DNA of 64,000 nucleotides from the NCBI GenBank assembly GCA_002104905.1, contig MCFE01000169.1, positions 81,047 to 145,046 of the forward strand, read 5' to 3'. This DNA is from Basidiobolus meristosporus CBS 931.73 (lineage: Eukaryota; Fungi; Basidiobolomycota). The position numbers and the translations under genes were made by a program. Of the stretch, positions 12,501 to 26,639 are shown in pieces (position 1 is the stretch's first letter; every line of letters starts with the position of its first letter). The notes under the pieces are model-generated. The model had not been told where the DNA came from. It did not search any database and saw only the letters and a list, made by a program, of their open reading frames with translations.

Positions 12501-15500
12501 AGCCCGGGTTCTAGATCTCAACTTTCATTACTATTACCCAGGTCCTAGATCTCATTTTCCATCACCTTAGCCCAGGTTCTCAATCTAAACTTTCATCACC
12601 TTAGCCCAGGACCTGAACTTCAACATTCATCACCTTGGCCCAGGTCCTGGATCTCAACATTCATCACCATGACCCAGGTCCTAGATCTCATTTTTCATGA
12701 CCTTAGCCCAGGTCCTGGATCTCAACTTCATTACCTTGGCCCAGGTCCTCAATCTCAACTTTCATCACCATGACCCAGGTCCTAGATCTCAACTTTCATC
12801 AACTTGGCCCGGTCCTGGATCTCATTTTCCATCACCTTAGCCCAGGTCCTAGATCTGACCCAGGTCCTAGATCTCATTTTCCATCACCTTAGCCCAGGTT
12901 GCAGATCTCAACTTCCATCACCTTGGCCCAGGTCCTCAGTCTCAACTTTCATCACCATGACCCGGGTCCTAGATCTCAATTTCCATCACCTTAGCTCAGG
13001 TCCTAGATCTCAACTTTCATCACCTTGGCCCAGGTCCTAGATCTCATTTTCCATCACCTTAGCCCATGTCCTAGATCTCAACTTTCATCACCTTAGCCCA
13101 GGTCCTAGATCTCAACTTCCATCAACTTGGCCAAGGTCCTCATTCTCAACTTTCATCACCTTGGCCTAGGTCCTAGATCTCATTTTCCATCACCTTAGCC
13201 CAGGTCCTAGATCTCAACATTCATCACCTTAACCCAGGTCCTGGATCTCAACTTTGATTACCTTGGTCCAGGTCCTCAATCTCAACTTTCCTCACCTTAG
13301 CACAGGACCTAAACTTCAACATTCATCACCATGACTCAGGTCCTAGATCTCAACTTTGATTACCTTGGCCCAGGTCCTGGATCTCATTTTCCATCACCTT
13401 AGCCCAGGTCCTAGATCTGACCCAGGTCCTAGATCTCATTTTCCATCACCTTAGCCCAGGTTGCAGATCTCAACTTCCATCACCTTGGCCCAGGTCCTCA
13501 GTCTCAACTTTCATCACCATGACCCGGGTCCTAGATCTCAATTTCCATCACCTTAGCTCAGGTCCTAGATCTCAACTTTCATCACCTTGGCCCAGGTCCT
13601 AGATCTCATTTTCCATCACCTTAGCCCATGTCCTAGATCTCAACTTTCATCACCTTAGCCCAGGTCCTAGATCTCAACTTCCATCAACTTGGCCAAGGTC
13701 CTCATTCTCAACTTTCATCACCTTGGCCTAGGTCCTAGATCTCATTTTCCATCACCTTAGCCCAGGTCCTAGATCTCAACATTCATCACCTTAACCCAGG
13801 TCCTGGATCTCAACTTTGATTACCTTGGTCCAGGTCCTCAATCTCAACTTTCCTCACCTTAGCACAGGACCTAAACTTCAACATTCATCACCATGACTCA
13901 GGTCCTAGATCTCAACTTTGATTACCTTGGCCCAGGTCCTGGATCTCATTTTCCATCACCTTAGCCCAGGTCCTCAATCTCAACTTTCATCACCTTAGCC
14001 CAGGTCCTAGACCTCAACTTTGATCACCTTGGCCCAGGTCCTAGATCTCATTTTCCATCACGTTAGCCAGGTCCTAGATCTCAATTTTCATCACTCTTAC
14101 CCAGGTCACAGTTCTCAACCTTCATCACTATTATCCAGGTCCTAGATCTCAATTTTCAACTTTCAACACCTTGGCCCAGGTCCTGGATCTCATTTTCCAT
14201 CACCTTAGCCCAGGTCCTCAATCTCAACTTTCATCACCTTAGCCCAGGTCCTAGATCTCAACATTCATCACCATGACCCAGGTCCTAGATCTCATATTCC
14301 GTGACCTTGGCCCAGGTCCTAGATCTCAATTTCCATCACGTTGACCCAGGTCCTCAATCTCAACTTTCATCACCTTAGCCTGGGTCCTAGATCTCAACTT
14401 TCATCACCTTGGCCCAGGTCCTAGATCTCATTTTCCATCACCTTAGCCCAGGTTCTCAATCTAAACTTTCATCACCTCAGCCCAGGACCTAAACTTCAAC
14501 ATTCATCACCTTGGCCCAGGTCCTCAATTTCAACATTCATCACCATGACCCAGGTCCTAGATCTCATTTTCCATGACCTTAGCCCAGGTCCTAGATCTCA
14601 ACTTCCATTACCTTGCCCCAGGTCCTCAATCTCAACTTTCATCACCATGACCCAGGTCCTAGATCTCAACTTTCATCACCTTGGCCCAGGTCCTGGATCT
14701 CATTTTCCATCACCTTAGCCCAGGTCCTAGATCTGACCCAGGTCCTAGATCTCATTTTCCCTCACCTTAGCCCAGGTCGCAGATCTCAACTTCCATCACC
14801 TTGGCCAAGGTCCTCAGTCTCAACTTTCATCACTATGACCCGGGTCCTAGATCTTAACTTTCATCACCTTAGTCCAGGTCCTATATCTCAACTTTCATCA
14901 CCTTGGCCCAGGACTCAAACTTCAACATTCATCACCATGACCCAGGTCCTAGATCTTAACTTTCATCACCTTAGTCCAGGTCCTTGATCTCAACATTCAT
15001 CACCTTAGCCCAGGACCTAGATCTCAACTTTCATCACCTTGGCCCAGGTCCTAGATCTCAACATTCATCACCATGACCCGGGTCCTAGATCTCAACTTTG
15101 ATTACCTTGGCCCAGGTCCTCAATCTCAACTTTCATCACCTTAGCCCAGGTCCTGGATCTCAACTTCCATCAACTTGGCCTAGGTCCTCAATCTCAACTT
15201 TCATCACCTTAGTCCAGGTCCTAGATCTAAACATTCATCACCTTAGCCCAGGTCCTCAATCTCAACTTTCATCACCTTAGTCCAGGTCCTAGATCTAAAC
15301 ATTCATCACCTTAGCCCAGGTCCTCAATCTCACCTTTCATCACCTTGGCCCAGGTCCTAGATCTCAACATTCATCACCATGACCCGGGTCCTAGATCTCA
15401 ACTTTGATTACCTTGGCCCAGGTCCTCAATCTCAACTTTCATCACCTTAGCCCAGGTCCTGGATCTCAACTTCCATCAACTTGGCCTAGGTCCTCAATCT

Positions 15501-18220
15501 CAACTTTCATCACCTTAGTCCAGGTCCTAGATCTAAACATTCATCACCTTAGCCCAGGTCCTCAATCTCAACTTTCATCACTTTGGCGCAGGACCTAAAC
15601 TTTAACATTCATCACCTTGGCCCAGGTCCTAGAACTCAACTTTGATTACCTTGGTCCAGGTCCTCAATCTCAACTTTCATTACCTTAGCCCAGGACCTAA
15701 ACTTCAACATTCATCACCATGACCCAGGTCCTAGATCTCAACTTTGATTACCTTGGTCCAGGCCCTAGATCTCAACTTTCATCACCTTGGGCCAGGTCCT
15801 AGATCTCAACTTTCATCACCTTGTTCCAGGTCCTCAATCTCATTTTCCATCACGTTAGCCAGGTCCTATATCTCAATTTTCATCACTCTTACCCAGGTCA
15901 TAGATCTCAACCTTCATCACTATTATCCAGGTCCTAGACCTCAATTTTCAACTTTCAACTCCTTGGCCCAGGTTCTAGATCTCAACTTTCATCACCTTGG
16001 CCCAGGTCCCAGATCTCATTTTCCATCACCTTAGCCAGGTCCTGGATCTCAATTTTCATCACTCTTACCCAGGTTATAGATCTCAACCTTCATCACTATT
16101 ATTCAGGTCCTAGATCTCAATTTTCATCACTCTTACCCAGGTCCTAGATCTCAACTTCCACAACCATTACCCATGTCCTAAATCTCTACTTTCATCACCT
16201 TAGCCCAGATCCTAGATCTCAACTATGATCTCTATTACCCAGGTCCTAGATCTCAACTTTCTTCACCATTACCTAGGTCATAGATCCCAACTTTCATCAC
16301 CTTAGGCCAGGTCCTAGATCTCAACTATCATTGCTATTACCCATGTCCTAGATATCAGCTTTTATCACCTAGGCTCAGGTCCTAGATCTCAACTTTCATC
16401 ACTATTACCCAGGTCCTAGATCTCAACTTTCATTATTATTACCCAGGTCCTATATCTCAACTTTCATCACTCTAACCCAGGTAATAGATCTCAACTTTCA
16501 TCACAATCACCTAGGTCCTAGATCCCAATTTTCTTCATTCTTACCCAGGTCTTAGATTTCAACTTTCATAACCATTACCCAGGTCATAGATCTCAGCTTT
16601 CATCACTATTACCCTGTTCCAAGATCTCAACTTTCATCACCATTGTGCAGGTCAAAGATCTCAACTTTTATCTCCTTAGCCCAGGTCTTAGATCTTAATT
16701 TTTATCACCTTAATCCAGGTCCAAGATCTCAACTTTCATCACCTTAGCCCATGATCTAGATCTCAACTATCATCACTATTACCCAGTTCCAAGATCTCAA
16801 CTTTCATCACCATTGCCCAGGTCAAAGATCTCAACTTTCATCACCTTAGTCCAGGACTTAGATCTTTATTTTTATCACCTTAAGCCAGGTCCAAGATCTC
16901 AACATTCATCACCTTAGCCCAGGTCCTGGATCTCAATGTTCTTCTCCTTTGTCCAGGTTCTAGATCTCAACTTTCATCACCATTACCTGGGTCCTAGATC
17001 TCAACTTTCATCACCCTTACCCATCTCCTAAATCCCAACTTTAGCAACTATTATCCAGGTCTTAGATCTCAAATATCATCACCATTATCTAGGTCCTAGA
17101 TCTCAACTTCCTTCACCATTACCCAGGTCCTAGATCTCAACTCTCATTACTATTACCCAGGTCCTAGATCCCAACTTTAATACTCATGTGCCAGGCCTTA
17201 GATCTCAACTAGCATCACAATAACCCAAGACCTAGATCTGTACCACCATGACCCAGGTCCTAGATCTCATCTTTCATCACTATTATCCAGGTCCTAGATC
17301 TCAACTTTCATCACCTTAACCTGGTCCTTGATATCAACCATCATCACCATATATGCAAGCCCTCGGCATTGACTTTCATCACCATAACTTAGGTCATAGA
17401 TTTCAGCATTAATCACCATAATCCAGGTCCTATATCTCAGCTTTCATAACCTTAACCTGATCCTAGATCTCCACTGTCATTACTGTATACAAAAGCCCTA
17501 GGCATCAACTCTCATCACCATAACTTAGGTCATAGATCTCAACATTAATCACCATAATCCAGGTCCTAGATCTCAACATTCATAGCCTTGATTCAGGCCC
17601 TAGAACTCAACTTTCATCACCCTTATGCAGGCCCCACATCTCTACTTACTTCACCTTAACAACATCCTAGATCTAATTTGCTTCATCTTGACTGCAGTCC
17701 TAGATCTCTACTTTCTTCACCTTGACTTCAGTCCTAGATCTCTACTTTCTTCACCTTGACCACCATCCTGGATCTCAGATCTTATCACCTTGATCCAGGT
17801 CCTAGACTTTGACTATCATCACCATCCCCTTAGCCCAAGTCCTAGATCTCAGCTTACATCACAATTCCCCAGGTCCTAATTCTCTACTTTCTTCACCTTT
17901 ACCCACATCCTGGTTCTCAACTCCCATCACCATGATCCAGGTTCTATATCTCAGCTTTCATCATCATTGCCCAGGTCCTAGATCTCTGCTTTCTTCACAT
18001 TGGCCCACATCCTGGATCTTATCTCTCAACACCTTGACCCAGGTCCTAGATCTCAACTTTCACTGCCATTACCCAGATGCTAGATCTCTGTTTTGCACCT
18101 TGACCCACATCCTGGATCTCAACCTTCATCACCTTGACCCTGGATCTATATCTTAACAATCAACACCTTGACTCAAATCTTAGATGTCAGCTTTGTGATC
18201 CTGACCTAGGCTCTGGATGT
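9600..18220 (+). repeat. 34-bp tandem satellite array (about 250 monomers), consensus GATCTCAACTTTCATCACCTTGGCCCAGGTCCTA
   Basis: Directly visible tandem monomers. Homogeneous core about 10.0-16.0 kb with diverged edges. Higher-order periods of 136, 306 and 562 bp. Confidence 0.98.
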
Positions 18221-18229
18221 GAGCTTTTA

Positions 18230-19150
18230 TACAAGAATTCAAGTATGCTAAAGCACCCAAGATCAAATACATGCCAGTACTCTGGAGATTTCATGGAGCA
18301 AGTAGAAGATTTACCATTATATCAAATAAGTCTTTTGTAAGCTAGGATGTAAGTCAATAGTGAACCAAAGCTGGCTCTAGGCCATGCATGTTGTAATTAT
18401 CAAGTTCAAGACTAGATATTCATGCTTACTTATTTACATAGGTCTTAGGCAGTGATTATTGCTGAAATGGTGCTAGGCTTCTCACCCATAGCTGCATGTT
18501 AGGATGCTTTCCCATGTATAGCTCATCAATTGTTATGATATTTCCTTCATAGTCATGTAATGCCAGGAGTCTTACATGGTGGTTTTTGTACCTGGCCAGA
18601 AAAAAGTCTCTTTGGCTTCTTTTGGGCCTTCTAATCCTGACTGGAACAGCATCCAAGATATTTCTAATACCAATCTTGTCAGGGAATACTCCTTGGAATG
18701 GCAAAGTGCTGCTGGTCCAATATTTTGCTTACTAAGCCTGCTCCATGTCATTCATTCTGGAAGCTAAACAATCCTCACCAGTTTGAATCTGAGTGTATAG
18801 ATGTTAATATTTGGTAGTGCCATAAATGACTGGCTGGAATCAAGAATGTCCCACAAGTACTTTCCAGATGCTGTTAAGTGTGAAAACTTCTGTTGTAACC
18901 TTTGAGATATTAATTTTGGCAGCAGAATGTTTATGCATAGGTTAGAACAATCCAATCATGTCTTAACAAGTGCCAAAGGACTTTCCCACCACTTAAATCC
19001 TTACAATGGCACATAATGCAGATATGTGGGCATTAATACTACAGGTGGCTTTAAGCAAGGAAAACAAGACTAAAACCTGTTTGAGCCATATTATAACAAT
19101 ACTTGGGCATGGACAATGGTGCAGTCAGTTATATGCAAGAGGCTCTACCA
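18230..19150 (-). mobile_element. PIF/Harbinger (ISL2EU-like) DDE transposase pseudogene
   Basis: ORF 18456-18704 (ILDAVPVRIRRPKRSQRDFFLARYKNHHVRLLALHDYEGNIITIDELYMGKHPNMQLW) follows the DDE_Tnp_4 pattern ID.T...IxRP...Q..F.S.K.K.H.......D..G.I......G...D. Upstream broken frames resemble the HTH region. Stops and frameshifts throughout. Confidence 0.6.
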
Positions 19151-22100
19151 TAAAACAACTACTGTGAAAAGAAGCAATCTTCTTAAAGCAGCAATGAGTC
19201 TAAAAAGGCAAAAGAACAGCCCCAACCCATTTTACTAGAAGCATATTCTGTTATAAACCAATTGCCTGTTTATTTTGCCCATCATACCATGGATACTCCA
19301 CATATAGTTTGAATAAAATAATACTATTGGGTTTTCTCAATTTGCCTTTATATATGCACATACCTGCTGCAATTGGCACACTTCTGTTACCTCTAGTTGC
19401 CAGTATTTCCACTTGATGCCTGCATAGTAGCCATATTCATTATATGCTTGGTAGCAGATGTACTTGGCTAACATATGCAATATGTTGGCCACCTTTGCCA
19501 TTATCAGCTATTTGATATCCACAAAGTACCAGTTGATTTTCAGCCATTTCTTTCCTTCTGCTTGCTGGACATTAGTCCCCCACCTGTTTGTTATTCCTCT
19601 TTCCTTCTGGTGGATATCATACCAAGAGGTGTAGTGTTAACCTGTTGTACATGCTTTTGGCAGACTTGTCTTTGTTGTCCTATTTCCATATTTATCTCCA
19701 TGTGTGCACCTGTGTTCATTTTCTTTCATTACTTCTTCAGCATACTCTACATGACAACTCATCACATCTATTACAGATGTTGATGTTATATTCTTGATCA
19801 GGCTTGTATATGAAATTGCTTGCAATTTAGCCCTTCTTTCCATCTCCTCACACATCCACTCCATTGGAAACTTGCAGAATGTAAATCATGGCCCTATAGT
19901 CTTCACACTATTTGCCAGGCAAAAGAGAGAGTGGATACTATAGTTGCGAAAGTATGCATATTATGGCCTGTGCCTGTAAAAGACCTGGTTGTATCTTACT
20001 ACAAAGTCCTCATATAGTAGCTGTAGATGCATCAAGGTGGCATTGGTGCACTGCTTTACAAGGAATACTCTATTAGAAGTCTGAGTAACAATCCTACCAA
20101 AGGGCCATTGCCAAATTAATATTACATAAGTGAGGGGTCATATATCTACAAGGATCCCATATATAATCTGCTAGAAAAGAATTGCACCCTAATTATGGTG
20201 AACACTAAGTCATATTCTGACTATCTATTACCCTTCATATCTTCATTGATTGGTTATTATTCTTGTCTCTTACTTCCTGATTTTGCACTCTCAGTATTCT
20301 GCTACTATTACTGCTTGTTCATTGGCCATCTTATATTGGTCATGCTCCTGCTTCTTGAGCTCTTATTACTCCCTCAATATTCCTGTATGCTCATAGCTTA
20401 CTTTATCACAATCCTCAGTTGTTTCTCAATACTTTTATGTATGGACTAGTACATAAGTCCAATAGCTCTATCATCCCCTTCCCCAATTTTACACTGTATC
20501 AGTTGTCCCATTAAAACCCACCATTCAAGTAGTGTTCATTGCAAGCATCTATCCTCCAATTGTTTGGTTGTCTCCAAACAGTCTTGTGCCAGCTATTATT
20601 CACGCATTCCCATACATTCTGGTGCATTGAGGATTCCTTTATTTAGCAATGCTTTAGCTAGTTCCTCCATTAACTCTCCACCATAATTGTAGGCACCTAT
20701 GCTCTCATCTCCATTAAAGGTCTTCTGGAGTGATATGGCATGCATTATTGACCTACAAAAATCTACCAAGATCATTTATATCAATTTGCATATTTAGTGG
20801 TGCTGCTTTGTAAGTGGGTGAGATCTCTACACAACTGCCTGTAGTAGGCTTGTTCTGAATCTCCACAGGTTCCTCAGCATCTTCAGGCAATTGCTTGAAG
20901 GGCCATGTTGCTGCACCTGCTGTAATACCCTTGATCTTCTTGGTGTTTCTTCTTGTCTCTCTAGAGATTTGGAGCTTTGTTGCATCAGAGTATTGGCTAC
21001 TACAAAATATTGTGTTTCTTAGGCATTTCTCTGATTTCCTCTTAGAGGGACTTCCCTTACTTTCTCTTTGCCTTTCCTTCTACTATTATCACCATTGCTG
21101 CTATCACTTGGTTTTCTGCCTCCAATAGCATTTAATATTCTTCAGATATTTTTAGAATAGTTCAATACCAGCCCAGGACCCATTTGCATGCTTGAATCCA
21201 GGATACTGTGAATGAAACTCATTAAGTGCCATATGCTTCTCTTTGGGGGCATATGGACCCAATCTATGCCATTCCTTGGACAACTTTGTGTCATTTTCTT
21301 ATGGTCTCCTGCTCAATGCTATTATATATGTGACAATGTATAGAAATTATTCTACAAATGATATTTGCTCATCTTGTCTCTCTCTTGCTTCCTGATGACT
21401 TTTGACCACTGCATCTAAGCAATCAACACTCTATTCATTGTCACCATCATTGTGCTGTTGTGTCCTGCCAGCATAGTCTCAATTAAATGTGATGATACAG
21501 ATGGGGTTACCTGATGGACATTGGTTGGATATGGTGCAGTTCCTACATCTTCTTCTGCCTTCACTCATGACTTTGGCAGGAATTCTATGGATTTATGCCA
21601 TGGTTTTGTTACTGGTTCCCATAGGTCCTGATCTGCTACAATTGCAAGATCTAGCACCTCATCTGGCAGTCTTTGCAATAAGTCCTTACAACATTTAGGT
21701 CATTTAGCAAATACTGCCAATGAAGAGGTGCTGCAAAATTTTGGTATGCATATTTATATTGCAAGATTCTGCTGCAAGCATTATCATAGTTTACTGATTT
21801 CTTGATGTTGTTGTTTTGCCCATCAGAGGGATCTCTGCTTTGTAAACAGTGCAGGATGTAGAAGCTGCAGTGTACAAATTGCCTTTTCCTACAAACTTGC
21901 CTACTTCAATGGAGTCTGGCTCAGAGGGCCACACCTTCACCTTTTTTGTGAATAGCTGTTGTCTTGTCCACATTTCTTCTTGGCAATTATGAGATTTAGT
22001 CTCAGAATGAAAATAAATGGTTGTGTGGGTTGAACTGATCTATATCAGCCATCAGAATCCTACAATGAAAACGTTACTTGGACAGAACATTGTAAATGTT

Positions 22101-25100
22101 GACTCAAGTCACAACCTTATGGTGGAATTGGGACTGTGTTCTGCTGTAATTGTGCAAAACAGAGTAACCAGCTGGACAGCACTTGAACAATCTTTTTGCA
22201 TGGCTTGTATGGCATTCAGATTGTATTAAAGTAGTCTTTGATTGTATAAGCAGATGTTACAAGCCAGAAGAGTATCTGCTATTCAAAATACTTCTCACAA
22301 ACTGCAATAGTTATTAATCAGAATATGCAACAATGCAAATGCAAGAATTGTATGAGCTGGATATATATTATTCAAGTGGTCTTCTCTAGCAAATTCTTTC
22401 CAGTAAACATTGGAGGCATTGAAGTCAAATGTTGACATTATGATAATATGTATGCAGGAGTGGATCATCTACAGCTTTTATGCAAGGAATTTGTGATGGG
22501 AGTTGTGTGGTTATACCGCAAGCATAAATCTGCATGTTTAGACCTCTGCTGCTACTGTATCTAGTAGCTATTCTATCTTGCTTGGTGAGCAAAGAACATT
22601 ATACTTTATATCATGTTTTGGGAGTTTCCCATAGAAGGATATGCAGACATCCCTTCCAGGGGAAGACTGGGCCTACCAGCACTCATACCAATTTGGTTAT
22701 TAGCTGCTTATTATTTTACCAAAGATTGCAAACAAAAACTTAAAGCTGCATCACCAACTGACTTCCAGCAAAATAATATAAGAATACCAGCTAATTACCA
22801 GTTAGAAATTCAATGAACTCTAACTTTTTTATTTCTGCAAGGACAGGAAGCAATTAACAAGATTAATGATTTCACACCCACATTTATTAGGATTAAGTTC
22901 AGGAACTTTGAAGATAGTTTTTAACCTGTATAATTGATTACTTACAGTTGTTCAAAACAAAAGGACCATGACTTGGTAACATCTAATGGCACACATGATA
23001 TTCACATTCCAAGTTGGTACAATATACTGTTCCAGCTTCATTGTGTCAGATTATGCCATAGTGCACAAGATTGTCCCACACAGTGCAAAATCATCCATGA
23101 GCAATCCTGCTTACTGGTAGCTATATTACTACTCCCAATTGTACTTGGAGACCATCAAATGCCCAACACACCATGCCACAGTACAATAGAACAAGTTTAA
23201 TAGACTTGTTATACTGTGCCAGTACTCATAGTCTCAGGTAGTGCTGTATAATTAGCTAATAATTTGTATTTCAGAGTCATATGCATGTAAGTTTTGATCC
23301 TAATCTTGCACAACACATCATGTTGTGGCACTCTGTGATGCTATGATCAGCTCAAATGAGTGGAATAAATTATATAGAGACCAATATTTCCTATTAGGTG
23401 AGTGCATCCTTAAGTATGCCAAGCACTAAGGAAGATCATGGGCTGTGTTTTTGCAAGGTGGTCTTGGTCAGCATTTTGATGCTAAGTAATATCTGAGCTT
23501 CAATTGCTTTGCCAGAGAAAACTGAATATTGACCTTCTATTGCAGTGACTATTAACAATGAATTGTAAAGCACAATAGTAACTGAAGGCCTAGTTGATTG
23601 GTTGCAGATCAATAACACTCTGAACTATATTTTCAGATCATACAGAATACCCATAATCAAGCTTCCTGTAGATATGCAGCTGAAACACCGGAGTGACTTT
23701 GCTACTAAGTGTTTCCATTAAATAGGGCTCAGATCTACTGTGACAGTAGTCCTGAAATGTCTTGGTGCTGAGAAAACAACAAATAAGAGTGAAGTGTAAA
23801 TCTCATGGAATTCCTACTCAGAGTACCATTTAGGAGTATTATTACTGGCCCAATACAGCATGAGCAGATTGTTCTCAGCCAATTCAGTATTTTTCATGCC
23901 GTGACATTGTGAGACCCTGAAAGAAGCCTATGTTAGACCAGGTAAACACTGAGCATATCCTTTGTAAGAAAAGCACCAGCTTGGAGATCCATCCTATGTA
24001 TTGATTTTTAAGGCAGCCATGTTTCTACTTATACTCTCCCCCTTGATTGAAGGCAGCATTTCACATGAAATATGTTGTTCTACAGAAAGGTGAAGTGCAC
24101 CTCCAAGTGACCTACACCATAACAGCTGCAAGAAGAATCTTGCACAGATGGTCCCTACTTTTCATGCAACATTTCAGCAAAGAATTTGTGTGGAAGTGTT
24201 ATTAGTGGTATCAGCAGCCAATGCAGATGGGCTTGGCACACTACAACTTGCTTAAGGAATAATAGAGCATAGAACCCAACATCCAATCCTTCAAAGCCCC
24301 ATGTTGATTAAGAAGCTTAAATGCCAATACAAATTCATTGACATCAGGGTGTGCACCAGCAGAAGACATGCTTTTGAATGGATTTGTGATATTTGATACA
24401 AACAACAAATTGGAATCAGAAGTTTGTCTGAGCATGACAAACAATTCAGAATGAAAGACACTAGGCCAGCTTGTAGAAAAGTGAGTGAATCTGCCTGATT
24501 CCAACCAAAAGGTCTAGTCAGAATACTAGCTATTATGCAAGGTATCATTTATTGATGCGTAACTAGCAACCCTTTAGTTCCAAACCATGATGGCTACCAA
24601 ATCAGAAAGCATTACACGTGGTGTCCAGTGCATATGTATTCTACTGCAAAGATATATATTTACCTGTAGCTTTGTACCAGTAAATACTTTATATATTACT
24701 AAAGGTCCTTCATTGTCATCAGAATCCAAGTGAGTAGGGCATTGAGTGACACTGTATATTGGGCAATGCTCTAATGCATCAAAGCTGCACTATATATTTG
24801 CCTCTTTGTTGCATCTGGACATCCTTGAAGCGTTGATTGGGTGACATGTCTTTATTTCCAAAGTGCTAAAATAAGCATGGACAGCAAAGCACATATTCCA
24901 TAACTTGAATTATGGGACATAATTCACTTGGTCTGTTGCCTCTAGTGCTGTTGGCAAAGCGGCTTCTTTGGCAACAGAGATTTCAAACAGAGAAGTTGCA
25001 TTCCAGGTACTGGCAGTGCCTGGTGGAGTTTGGGGCTTTCAGCATATTGATGACACCATTGAGGTGTGGAGTCAAGGAGATATGTGTTATAAGTGCCAAA

Positions 25101-25230
25101 CCGGAGTGATATTTCAAATGAGGAAATGTGTAGTGCCTTTACCAATGATAAAGTTGTAGCTAAGTGCAAGAAAAAGGCAAGAACTAAGCAACCCCCAGGC
25201 TGAGATGCCACCTACACCAGTGGTCCAGCC

Positions 25231-25900
25231 TTGACTGATGCAATGCAAATACCCCCAGTCCCAAGTAGCAGCGCAGTCCCTAGCAGCATATCCCCAACCC
25301 CTAGTTGCAGCATATTGCCTTGTGTGCAAGATGACAACAATACAACCAAAGGAATGAATACCCTACCAGAGTGGTTGCACAACTGGGTGACTACCAGCAA
25401 AGCTGAGGCAGATGGCAGCGTACTCAACCATGAGTATCATTGTGTGATTCAATTTATTGAAGACCTCTGTATGGTGATCAACAAAGGAAGCCAAAAACAG
25501 GTTTGTTGCACACCTATTGTGGATATCAGCTTGATGGCTCAACATAGGTACCATATCAGTGATAGGACAGAAGATCCCATTGAGGCAATGTTGAATCTGG
25601 GTGAAGAATAAACCTCACTTTATATACAGTGATGCCTTTGTGATATTATGTTAATGGAGTACTGTGCATATGGGGGCTTGCAAAATGTACTGCAGCTTTG
25701 CAAAACACACAGGTGTTTTCTTTAATTGATCATCCAGAATTCAAGTCTCAATAAGCACACCAGATGTTCTCTACAGCCAAGCCAGGTGTGGAGCATATTT
25801 GTGCAGGTTGTTTGTGCAGTTCATTGGTGTCATGTTGGGTACAGACAGCAGAATGGTGCCATCCTCATCCATTGCAACATCAAACCAGAGAATAGTAAGT
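25231..25900 (+). pseudogene. Ser/Thr protein kinase pseudogene (NIMA/NEK-like)
   Basis: Broken frames give INKGSQKQV (Gly loop), EAMLNL (alphaC), IMLMEYCAYGGL (hinge), QVWSIFVQVVCAVHWCH and LIHCNIKPEN (HRDxKPEN), followed by a GTAAGT donor at 25895. Confidence 0.7.
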
Positions 25901-26639
25901 GTGAAGTGAGGGTTTTACTACAATGCTAAATCTGTATTGTACATTTGGGTTGAATAAATAGTATAAGTTGATGGTTCACAGTGTTCAACATTAAATCTCA
26001 AATGCAGCATAATAGAGCAATTATTGGTCACCCAAGCTGCCCACTGCACCAGCACTCCATGGTGACACACTGGATGTTTATTGGAACTTTCTGCATCAAG
26101 TCAACAATGAGAGTGACTCCAGCAATCAACCATCATGTAGACGTTGCCAACAATGCCAATGAAGCCATATATGGAGGCAGATATTAATTGACCCTTTTAC
26201 ATGTTAAAGCTAGTTTGAATAAAATAAGGAAATTGTTTAAGCTTAATTATGGTTGTCTACACCAAGCGTATTTATCATTAGCTCTTTGAGTATTAAGAAT
26301 ATCTGGTATCAGCCCGTAAACAATTGCAGTGTATGTCAGCTATATTTGGAGGGCGGCACTACTATTGTGTTATCTTAAAATGTGTATTAAGAACAGTGAT
26401 CAAACGTCAATGCTAGTTGAAGTGCAGATGAGCTTTGACAGTACTCAATGGTGGTTACTGCCTCAAATTGCTCATACCAGTTGTTGTACTTAGCACTCTT
26501 CACCTGCATCAGCATTTTTGCATAGCAAAAGCAAGAGGCTATGTTTATCTCTTTGGTGCTCACCAAACACAAGCATATTCCCATCATCCGTGCATTCCTA
26601 ATGGTCTGAAGATTTTAGTATGGACTCAGGTGCAGCCAA

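Noticed and set aside
9713-18156. ORFs with LAQVLDLNFHHLSPGPRSQLSSPWPRS repeats
   Set aside because: These are translation artefacts of a 34-bp repeat cycling through three frames. Most start at TTG, and stops and indels are random.
9600-18220. CRISPR array (34-bp repeats)
   Set aside because: Monomers are directly adjacent with no unique spacers, there are no cas genes, and the context is eukaryotic.
1-18220. Telomeric repeat tract
   Set aside because: Internal, bidirectional, flanked by unique DNA, and without a G-rich strand bias typical of telomeres.
22400-23100. LINE ORF1/gag zinc knuckle (HCVRLCHSAQDCP)
   Set aside because: The first Cys is missing and the surrounding frames are too decayed to support a call.
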